DNA of 64,000 bases from the human T2T-CHM13v2.0 reference genome, Homo sapiens: NCBI RefSeq assembly GCF_009914755.1, contig NC_060936.1, one strand, 5' to 3'. The notes under the pieces are model-generated. The model was given only the letters and a program-made list of their open reading frames with translations, was not told the origin of the DNA and searched no databases. Shown in pieces: positions 54,301 to 64,000 of the stretch; position 1 is the first letter of the stretch; every line of letters starts with the position of its first letter. A program made the translations under genes and the position numbers.

Positions 54301-57269
54301 TTGGTTAGTTTGGTGATGTCATGTTTTCCTAGATAGTCTTAATGCTTATGGATGTTCATCAGTGTCTGGCATTGAAGAGTTAGGTATTTACTGTAGTCAT
54401 CACAATCTGGGCTTGTTTGTACCCATCCTTCTTGGAAAGCCTTTCTAGGTATTCAAACGGACTTGGGTGTTATGATCTAAGTTTTTGGTTACTGCAGTCA
54501 TATGGGCATTAGAGGGTACCCCAAGCCTAGTAATGCTATGGTTCTTTCAGACTTGCAGAGATACCACGTTGGTGGTCTTGGAGAAGATACAGAAGAATTC
54601 TCTGGATTACCAAGGATAGACTTTTGTTCTCTTCCCTTACTTTCTCCCAAACAAGTAGAGTCTCTCCCTGTCTGTGCTGAGCTGCCTGGAGCTGGGGAAG
54701 GAGTGACACAAGCACCCCTGAGCCACTACCACTGGGTCTCTGCTGTGTCAGACTGACCTGAAGCCAGCACAGAACTGGGTCTCACCCAAAACCCACTATA
54801 ACCACTACCTGGCTATCACCTATGTTTGTTCAAGGCCCTAGAGTTCTACAGTAAGTAGGTGGCAAAGTAAGCCAGGCTTGTGTTCTTCCCTTCAGGATGG
54901 CAAGCTTCCCCAGGCCCTAGACAGGTCCAGAGATGCCATGCAGGAGCCAGGGCCAGGAGTCAGACACCTTAGAAATGTACCTGGTGCTGTATTCTACTGC
55001 AGCTGAGATGGCACCCAAACCAGAAGACAAAGTTCTTCCCACTCTTCCTTCCCCTTTCTCCAGGCAGAAGATTCTTTCCCCATGAAAACTACTGCCACAT
55101 GCCCACAGGGAGTACTGCCAGGCTACTGCCAATGTTCATTTAAGGCCCAAGGGCACTTCAGTCAGCTTGGGGCAAATGCTGCTAAACCTGGGACTCAGTC
55201 TTCATGGCAGTGGGCTCACCTCTGGCCCAGGGTAGGCCCAGAAGCTGGCCAAGAGCCAAGGCCTACAATTAGAGACATCAAGAGCCTACTTAATGCTCTT
55301 CTCCACTGTGGCCAAGCTGGTAACTAAGCTGAAAGACAGAGTCCCCTTTACTCTTTCCTATGTTTCCTCAAGAAGTCTCTCTTTGTAACCATCACAGCTT
55401 TGAATATGCTGGGTCACACCTGAAGCCAGAAAGTCTTAGAGTGTCACCCAAGACCCACAGTGTATACTACCTGATTACTGCTACTGATTATTCAGTGCCC
55501 AGGAGCTCTTTAGTCAGCAGGTGATTACTCCTTCCAGGGCTGGGTCCTTCCCTTTAAGGCAACAGGTTCCCTCCTGGCCTGGGGTATATCTAGAAATGAG
55601 GTTCCCATTCCATGCCCTAGCTCCCAGACCACATTGCCCTATTCTACTATGGCTGAGCTGGTATCCTAGTTGCAAGACAAAGTCCTCTTTCTTCTCTTCT
55701 CTCCTCAAGCAGAAGGAAGGGGTCTCTTTCAGAGTTGCAAGCTGTGCTGCCTGGGAGGGGTAGCACAAGCACTCTCTTACCCACCCCAGCTGCTGTCTCA
55801 CTAGGTTATATGCCCCCCCAGTTTGAGGCAAGTACAGCACTCGGACTTGCCTAAGGGCTGCAGTCCTTGTGGTTTAGACTGCCTTTCAAGTTTATTTAGA
55901 ATCCAGAGCCCTTTAGCCCACTTTGGCAAGGTTTCCTGAAACTCAGGTTCTGACCGCTGAGATGGGCAGTTGCTCTCCAGCTAGAGCTGGTCTGAATGCT
56001 CCCTCCATGGGCATCAGCTGAGTTCTGCCCAGTGTTGGCAGTATAAGTTCCAATGCAAAGTCTCACAATAGCTGTGCTCTCCCTCCCTCACACACGCAGA
56101 TTCTCTCTCTGTACCATGTGGCTGCTGTCAGGAGATGGGGGAGGGGTGGTGTCAGCAATTCAAGACTGTCTTTCCACCCTCTTCAGTGCCCCTTTCAGTG
56201 ATATGAAGTTAAAAACCATGTACTGTGATCTCTTACCTGATTTTTGGTTCTTATGAAGGTGTTTTTTTTGTGTAGACAGTTGTTAAATTTGATGTTCCTG
56301 CAGGAAGGATGATTGATAGAGGCTTCTATTCAGCCACCTTGCTCTGCCTCCTCTATCTAGCTTCTAATACTTACTCTCAATATCTACTCTCTTTGGATGT
56401 TATTGTAAAATACTGAATGACCTTTTAGGTTATTTATGATGTAAAATGAACTATCCTTAAAATTGTTATCCTTTAACTGACAGAAAATCCTTGCAAAGTT
56501 CAACAGATCCATAAATAATGAAAGCTAATATTCTGCTACAATATTTATGAAAAATTTTAAGGCAGAGACAGAGATTTTAAAATAAAAACACAGTATTTTT
56601 GCATTAGCAATTCAGATCAATAAAGACTGTATTTCTTAGGTTAAGGTTTTCAAGGCACAATTTCTATTTTCATCTCTCTCTAAGGGAAAAGTATTTTCTG
56701 TCATTTTATATATATCCACAGAGTCTTTGTTCAGAATTTTTCAACACAGAATATTAAAACTTGGGAGATGTAGCTGTTATCAGAATTGCCAGTGTGCTCT
56801 TCTCACTGATGTCGTGTGTATATTGTTCTCTAACTTTGGGCAACTCTTTCTGGTCAGGTCACACCTGCTTTGAGCAATAACTGAGGCCATGAGTGATGAC
56901 CCCAAAGGTCTCTGAATTCCAAAGCTCTGTTGGAAAATACCCAAGACCTCCAACCTCCTCAAATCACCCTCCTCATCCTGTTGGAACCCAGGCCTCATAG
57001 CCTCCACATGCTTGATTAAATGTCTCCCTCCCTCTCTAATTTTATGATCACTGCTTTCCAAGCCAAGGTTCTCAACTCTGTGAAAAAATTTGATTATGAC
57101 AGCCAACTTTCCAACCTTTGGGCTTAGATTTCTAAAAGCCCTCTGGTAGAGGAATTTATGGCTGAAGAAAAGCTTATAGGAAAAAAGAATGGATTCTAAA
57201 ACTTACATCCAAATGATCATAAAAAGCTTTTTAAATATTTTTAAATCACTAAAACAGAGTGATAAAAAC

Positions 57270-57451
57270 TAGAGTTGTTAGATTTAGCAGAGAAAAATAC
57301 AGAACACCTAGTATGATATGAATTTCAGATAAGTAACACATAATTTTTTTAGTATGTTCCATGCAACACTTGATACACATTTATTCAAAAAGTGATTATT
57401 TATCTGAAATCAAATTTCACTGGGAATCCTGCATTTTACCTGGCAACCCTA
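57270..57451. mobile_element. MER53 (hAT) palindromic MITE
   Basis: TAGAGTTGTTAGATTTAGCA..AAAAATACAG..TGAATTTCAGATAA / TTATCTGAAATCAAATTT.ACTGGG..CCTGCATTTTA.CTGGCAACCCTA. Confidence 0.85.
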
Positions 57452-59049
57452 AATAAAGAGAGCTTACATAAATGAGTATAGCAATAAACACAATAAATTA
57501 GCAAAGCAGGGGTCCCAAATTTCAGGATTTTACTCCTCAAGGCATATATATGAGAAAATGGGGCAGTTGGCCAACAAGCATCTATTTGAAAAAGAAAAAA
57601 ATGGCTTACATGGGGGGGAGAAAACAAAGACATATACAGAGGAAGAGGAAGGGGGAGAGGAGAAGAGGGCAACATCTGCCATCTCTCCAATTCCCAGGTC
57701 TTGCCCCAAGGCCCCATTTTATAGAGACAGACTGCAGGCCCAGGCTAAATGAGAGATTCTAAAACTCACAGGGTAGAGCCAGCATACTGCATTTGGTATC
57801 CAGGTAACAGGTAACAATGGCTAACAATGTGATCCTGAGAAAGGGACAAAAGCCTCCTCCCCATTTCTAACCTTGCTGCTTGGAGACCTCAGGGTGGGTA
57901 CTTTGGGAGCATCAGGCAACTCTCGCCGAGTACACTTGGAGTAGTCTCGCTGATTCAAGCCACAGTAGCCAGGCAGCAGTGGCCCCTAGGGTGGTCACAG
58001 GGACCAAAAGGACCAGAGAGGGAAAGCAGAATGTGGCAGATTTGGCATTGTCTTTAGCCAAGAGAATTTATCTTAAGCACAAGTGAGACACACTGGATAT
58101 GGCCAGAAATAACTGAATAAGAAGAGAAGAACCAGGGACACCTAGACATGAACAGATGAAGGCAAGAGTCAGAGAAATGTGGCTATTGCCATCAGTATGA
58201 ACCTGTGTGTGCATAGACAGGTGAGGCCCGGGGAGCATGGGTTGCAGTGCATTGGTAATGATGGCGCTGTCTTTCTCAGCTCTATTACCAATGCCTTGCT
58301 TATTAGAAACTAAACAAGCTCTCTTTGTGCAAGTTTCAAAGGCATGTTTATACACTGGGGTTTTTCCAAATGAATATTCTTAGAAATATTTTTTCTTCTA
58401 CAATTTTTCTTTCTCCAAACAGTCAATGAGTTTATGAGCAGGAGTCGCTAACTCTCTAAGCCCCCACTAATTCTCAAGGTGATCAAGAAGGTATTCCAAA
58501 ACAGATTTATATAGACAGAATTTTATGTCAGACGAACTTTCAGTCAGGAAAGAATTTCCTCCACTGAGCTTCATTTTGTTTGCCTTTTACTTCCTGAGAA
58601 ACCCTTCATTGTTCCCAGAAACACTGTTCCTGCCAAACCACATCTACAGGCAGATACGAGTACCTTGGCCCTCTTAAAGCTACTTGCCACCTGACACTGC
58701 TTTCAGGAACTGGGACCACAGTCAGTTTCTTCTGGTTATAGTGTCTCCATCCTGCTGTCCCAAGGGCATGTGCTTCATGTCTAAGAGCTCTTTCCATCTG
58801 TTCTCCCAGGAAGCCTGGAGAGTGTGATGTAAGCGAGCCTCTTGGGGAGATCTGTTCTGAAGTTTTAGAGACAGGTGAAGCTTCTGCCTTTATTTTCAAT
58901 CCCTTTTAAGTAAATAGATTTAAAAAAAAAAAAGTCCTCACACTTTGGGATCCTGAAAAGCCTGCCTAAGAGGTTTAGGGTTTGTAGATGTTAGGTACAT
59001 TAAGAGTTTATCTTGCCTTCGGAAGGATATTTCAGTAATAGTGTTCTTA

Positions 59050-59180
59050 GATTAAATCAGATAACTGAGGTTCAGAGAATCTAAGTGAATTGCCTATAGT
59101 CAAGGGGCAGTGTGGAGCAGAGGGGAGCTAGATACATTTTCTGCCTTCCAGCTTCATCCCTCCGTACTGCACCACAGTTA
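59050..59180 (-). mobile_element. MIR fragment
   Basis: AACTGAGGTTCAGAGAATCTAAGTGAATTGCCTATAGTCA. Confidence 0.6.
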
Positions 59181-59493
59181 GAGTAGAGCTGAAGAGTGTC
59201 ATATAAATGCCTACAGCTAGCACTTCAGAAGTGAAGTCTAATCTACTAATACCAGTTTGTGCAGTGTGAAGAAAAAGCTAGTACAGAACAATTCATGGTT
59301 ATTAGGAGAGGCTCCATGTTCAAAACCATTTCTAAAACGTGTTCTTGGAGAGGAGACAAATCTTAGAGGCACATTTAAGGATTTGTTATCCCACAAGACA
59401 GCCAGGGAGGCCCTCCTGGGAGACCAGAAATCCATCTGTCTCTCCCTGGCTGCATCTTCTCGGACGTAGTGGAAGTGTGCTAAATGGGCCTCA

Positions 59494-59946
59494 TGATGAT
59501 TAATTTTATGCATGAACTTGACTGGGCTGAGGGATGCCCAGATGGCTGGTAAAACATTTCTGGGGGTGTCTGTGAGGGTGTTTCCAGAAGACATCCACGT
59601 TTGAATCAGTATACTGAGTAAAGAAGATCCACCCTTACCCAGTGGGGTGGGCATCTTCCAGTCCTTTGAAGGCCTGAATAAAACACAAAGGCTAAGAAAG
59701 GGCAAATTTGCTTTCTCTTCTGGAGATGGAATATTTGTCTTCTCCTGCCTTCAAACATTGGTGCTTCTGGTTCTTGGTGCTTTGGACTCAAACCAAAACT
59801 AACATCTTGGCCCCTCTGATTCTCTACCCTCCGAGCTTGGACTAGAACTACAACACGGGCTTTCCTGGGCCTCCAGCTTGCAGATAGCAAATGTGAGACT
59901 TCTCAGCCACCATCATACAAAGAATTTTTCTGAAGAATCCTAATAG
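59494..59946 (+). mobile_element. MLT2B/C-like ERVL solo LTR (3' end partly deleted)
   Basis: TGATGATTAATTTTATG..GGATGCCCAGATGGCTGGTAAAACAT..GTGTCTGTGAGGGTGTTTCCAGAAGA..GGGCCTCCAGCTTGCAGA; same family as the LTR at 8310. Confidence 0.9.
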
Positions 59947-61349
59947 AGGTCTTTTATTATATGGCAGCAATACTCAAGGTTCTAGTTTAGGCTGGAGAAG
60001 AAGGAAGCTCCTTGGTCCTCCAGCCTGAGCCAGCAAGTCCTGCTGAGCTCACCAGAGCTTCCTCCTAGCACAGTGAGCAAAGCATTTTTTTTATTTTTTT
60101 CCTTTTTTTTTTTTTTTTGTGATGTTTGCAAACTCTTTAGGAATGCAGAGAAAAAAAAATACCTGAAAACCTGATAGGATTCATGTATTTCTATGTTGCT
60201 AACCATAATGCCATTTTACAACACCAACCAAAATTTATCACAACCGGTAACAAGGGATAACTCTGGAAGATAGGACAATGTAGGAGAGTAGGACTATACA
60301 GTGCTACTGGTCAGGTCCTTCGAAGCACCAAAGGGACAGCACTCAGGGCACAAAGTTTGCAAGGACTAGATCGGAGGGAAATGGAACAGAAGGCAAGGAA
60401 AAAGTGCCAAAAAATTGCTGAGCTGGTGCAAAAGATCAACTTTGCCTACCTATGTTTCTGATAAGGCACCAATCCCAGGAGTCTCCAAAATTTATTGAGC
60501 AAAAAGTTGTTAGGCAACCAATTTCTGAGAGACGTAGAGAATCGATATTGCAGACACCCTTATCTTACCCCTGATAATGAGAAACATGTGCCAAGACTCC
60601 CAAAATGAAACTGCTTATTATAATGTGCCACATAGTGGGCTTTTTATTTAAGATTTGTTAAGTGGATGAATTAATGGTTTTTCTTTCATTGCCTCTTTCA
60701 TCTTTGATTTCAAAGGAGGATATTTTCCTTTAAAAAGCTGCCAACATAACTGATATTTTTTAGTATGCTAAAATATTTTTTAAATCTCAACTTTTCAATA
60801 AAAGGTGTTCAGACATTATTTTATTGCTTGATTATTGCAACTACTGAGAATGAAACCTTTTTTGGGAAGAAGACAATGCATAGGCAAGGAAGTAAAGTCA
60901 CAGAATTTTTTTTTGAAACATCGCTGGAAATCTCTAACAAAATTGATGCTTTTAATTAGAAATCAATTTTCAGAGATAATTTATCATTTCATACAGGTCA
61001 TTTAAGGAAGTGTGGATGTAAAAAGGAATGAAATAATGATGTATTCATTATTTGGGAGTTGGGCAAGTCCTGAAGAGGCTCATTAGTTGCCCTATAGACC
61101 ATATTCTTTCTCTATTCCATGGTAATGGAAAAATGAGTGGCAAAGTCAATTCAAGCTGGGCTGTGGGAAATGTACAGCAAAATGCCACCTTGGGAGTTAT
61201 ATATACATCTTTAATTACAATATTTAATTTTATTTACAATACTTTAAGCAGCTAATATCACAATTTATAAAAATACTTAAATATTTCACAAAATAAAGGG
61301 AAAGGAATAATGACACGTATGAAGAGTAGCAGCTGTTTGGTTTGGTTGT

Positions 61350-61693
61350 TTTTTTAATCCTGCAGCCCTAGATCTTGTCCCCCATTCCTTCTCTTACAGT
61401 ATCATGCTGTTTGAAGAACTCTGCTTTTTTCTTCATGTGGTGCACGTAACTGTCAATCACAGTCCATACGCACGATAGGGGTGGGCAGATGATTCATGCT
61501 GACCAATCGCATCCTTCCCTGAAGATGGCACAGCAGTCAGGAAGCTAAACCCACACATTATTTAAGCCTTTAGATCTTTCCCGCATTTGTGAACCAATAT
61601 ATCCCACCCTACACCCACACCATTCTTTTTGCTTAAACTGGTTTGCAATGAGCCACTCTTTGGCCACATGCATCTGAGAGAGCACTGAATAAT
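61350..61693 (+). mobile_element. Old MLT1 (K/L-like) LTR remnant
   Basis: GACCAATC..GTGAACCAATATATCCC..TTTTTGCTTAAACTGGTTTG..CACTGAATAATA. Confidence 0.5.
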
Positions 61694-61885
61694 ATGTATA
61701 CTGTCTTTTATTTTACTGGAATCCCATTTACTCTGACTTTTTCACAGAGCTGGCTATTAACAGCTACCTTTAAACACAATCTTGATGAATCTTTGTTATA
61801 CTTGTACTCTTTTTCTAACTTCTATTTAAAAGACATATCTCTGTTAGTTTCTGGGCATTCAGAATATGGAGCTATCCTTTTTAAG

Positions 61886-62082
61886 CAGTGTTTTCCAAAC
61901 TTACCTAATCATAAAACAACCTTGGGGGTGGGGAAGAAGGGTCGTTGTTAAAATACAGATTTCTGGGCCCTACTGCATAAAGCCTACTGAACCAGATTCT
62001 CTCAGCGAGAAGTCTAACACTCTGTATTCTTTAACAAGCACCCCGAGAGAGCCTTATAATAAGGTAAATTTAGGAAACACTG
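61886..62082. mobile_element. MER5-family (hAT-Charlie) element
   Basis: TIRs CAGTGTTTTCCAAACTT / AATTTAGGAAACACTG; GTTAAAATACAGATTTCTGGGCCC..CCTACTGAA..TTTAACAAGCACCCC. Confidence 0.8.
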
Positions 62083-62384
62083 CCCTACAGCAACGTTTGT
62101 CCCAAACATAAATCCTTCCTTTGGAAGGAAAGCCTCCTTCCTGTGGATCTTCGAACTTTTGAACCCTTTGAACTTTCCTTTGGAGTAAATCTGATTTCTT
62201 TCTAAACACTTCTGATGAAACCAGTCTCTTTGACTACTTTTCTTTTTATAAGTGCTCTGTGATGAAGTCATTCTGCCTGATTCCAAGATAATCAATCAAG
62301 CTAAAGCTGTATGAGATCATTATTTAGGAAATTCATGGAAAGAATTCCAGGCTTGGGATTTGGGTTTAAATACCCCATTTAGAC

Positions 62385-62730
62385 ACAAACCTGGGTGGGG
62401 ATCTCCACACTATAGTTAATAGCCATGTGAACTTGAGCAAGCCTCTTAAATCCACTTACCCTCAATTTTATCAATCTGAGTAGTTGGGGCAGGGGATAGG
62501 ATAGGATGCCCATCCAACAGTGATAATAGGATACAAGGTAGAATGCACACTTTTGCTTAATACTTTATTTGTACACATTGTTTTTTATATTTTTCTCCAT
62601 TTCTATGAATGGTGGAAAGCCTATCAAGATAACATAGAAAATTGCTCAAGTACAATTGTAAGATATTTTGCGATGCGGTCTTCATTAAAAAATATATAGC
62701 AGTGCTCAACAAATGGCAACTTTATGTATT
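62385..62730 (+). mobile_element. MIR interrupted by a ~150-bp foreign segment
   Basis: AATAGCCATGTGAACTTGAGCAAGCCTCTTAA..CCTCAATTTTATCAATCTG body; tail-like TAGCAGTGCTCAACAAATGGCAAC resumes at ~62697. Confidence 0.55.
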
Positions 62731-64000
62731 TTTAAGCATAATTTGCCTTTAAAGAGTCCCTATTACTTTTATACAAAGCCCATAGGGAAAAACAAAGACA
62801 ACACTGAGCTGCCAGAGGAAGGAAAATCAAGTTGAGTCATTACTTTTCCCAACTGTTTTGAGGCTCCTATTCAAATGCCAATGGCTTTTGTTTTTTAACC
62901 TTCACCCTTTCCTTTTTCAATTCATGAACCACAACTAACGATAGGATCAATATATCCCAAAAACTGAAAAGCAGCTTGCTTTTCTACCAGTTATACTGGG
63001 TTTTATTCATCATTCAATCATAGTCACCTATAAAACCATTATGTTTATTAATTACTTTGATTCTCTACTTTTCTCTGGCCTATTGGGGTTCTTTTCCAAT
63101 TGGCCTGGCTTCCAAGAATTAGCAAAGACTCATGTAGAAGGATGTGTTTAGCTGCTGGAAGCTATGTTCACCACCACTGTTAAGTCCCCACTTTGCCCAC
63201 TCATGACAACCCCAAGATGTTCTTTAATGCCCAGTCAAGCATCCTAGAAAACATCCAACCTGTTCACTTAGAGGGTAAGAATTTTTGATGAGAATGTTTA
63301 ACCATTTGATTCAGATGACCGTACTGGGGGCATATAAAATTTTCTTGAGAAGTGGCAAATACCTTGTTTCTGTTGCAATAATATTTTCGTATTCAAGGCA
63401 ACAATTGAGAGATCTGGAACACAGACCGTTTTCAACCTTGCCATCAATTTTAAAATCCCCTCTTGCCGTCAGATTCCTATATGTTCCAGAACACATCTGT
63501 ATAAGAGCTTTGCAATCTCTGAGAGGTAGTCTGAAAATATAGCTTATATATTATGTTATTATATAATTACACAGATTTAGATAGAATATTTTTACATAGA
63601 GTGTTTATATAATTATCTCGGTTGCTATGCTGCTTGCTGGTGAATGGTAGAAAGCATATTAAGATAACATAGAAAATCTCACTCAAGTAGAAATATGAAA
63701 TAATTTGGGCTCATCCTCCAGTTAAAAACACAAATATTATTCTACCTATTAAAGAAAAAAACACCTCCATACCCTAAAAAGAAGTTGGTTGGTGACTTTT
63801 AAAAGAACTTTTAAAAGAAATTATTTTTAAAATACATTTAACAACAATAATAACAACAACAACAAAAATTTACTATGGATAGAAGAGTTCATTTCTACCT
63901 ATAGCAGTAAAAGCCTGAAACTAGCAAAAATTTTTATTTTGATACAACACATCATAAAGTTCTATGTAACCAATTGTCTATTTCCAAAGTAAGCAAGATA

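Larger units (their letters stand above)
48401..56353 (-). mobile_element. Near full-length L1MA2/3-like element (5'UTR, ORF1, ORF2, 3'UTR), inactivated
   Basis: 5' terminus reads GAGGAGGCAGAGCAAGGTGGCTGAATAGAAGC on the minus strand; ORF1 remnants (ESLFKGITTGNFPN, YPVKISFKYEGEIKTFPDK); endonuclease (IVGDFNTPLS, RIDHMLGHK); ORF2 C-terminus ([23 protein letters not shown]); 3'UTR with poly-T at 48401. Confidence 0.95.

Noticed and set aside
56890-56916. C/D-box-like GTGATGA...CTGA
   Set aside because: Boxes are only ~12 nt apart, far too short for a snoRNA.
59238-59705. 155-aa minus-strand ORF
   Set aside because: Half lies in an MLT2 LTR, and similar peptide text appears in the 8128-8448 ORF of the other MLT2 copy.

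Overview
AT-rich, repeat-dominated primate genomic DNA (AluY, AluS, AluJ and THE1 present, so probably human or another simian), intergenic or deep intronic. I found no recognisable protein-coding gene, rRNA, tRNA, CRISPR array or CpG island; nearly all listed ORFs come from repeats or chance. About half the window is transposable elements: a near full-length L1MA (48.4-56.35 kb), truncated L1PA/L1PB/L1MA/L1ME copies, an ancient ERVL provirus remnant with a nested THE1 LTR, MLT1/MLT2/LTR33 LTRs, Alus/FLAMs, MIR/L2 and DNA transposons (Tigger3, MADE2, MER63, MER53, MER5). Subfamily names are from recalled consensus sequences, not a database run. Two signals are not explained by repeats. (1) A minus-strand chain of four splice-site-bounded exons at 22.5-24.1 kb keeps one reading frame for 160 codons with a single internal stop: a candidate unitary pseudogene or spliced lncRNA. 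(2) Three short dispersed local duplications (38, 74 and ~140 bp), two of them inside older repeats, look like templated-insertion scars.
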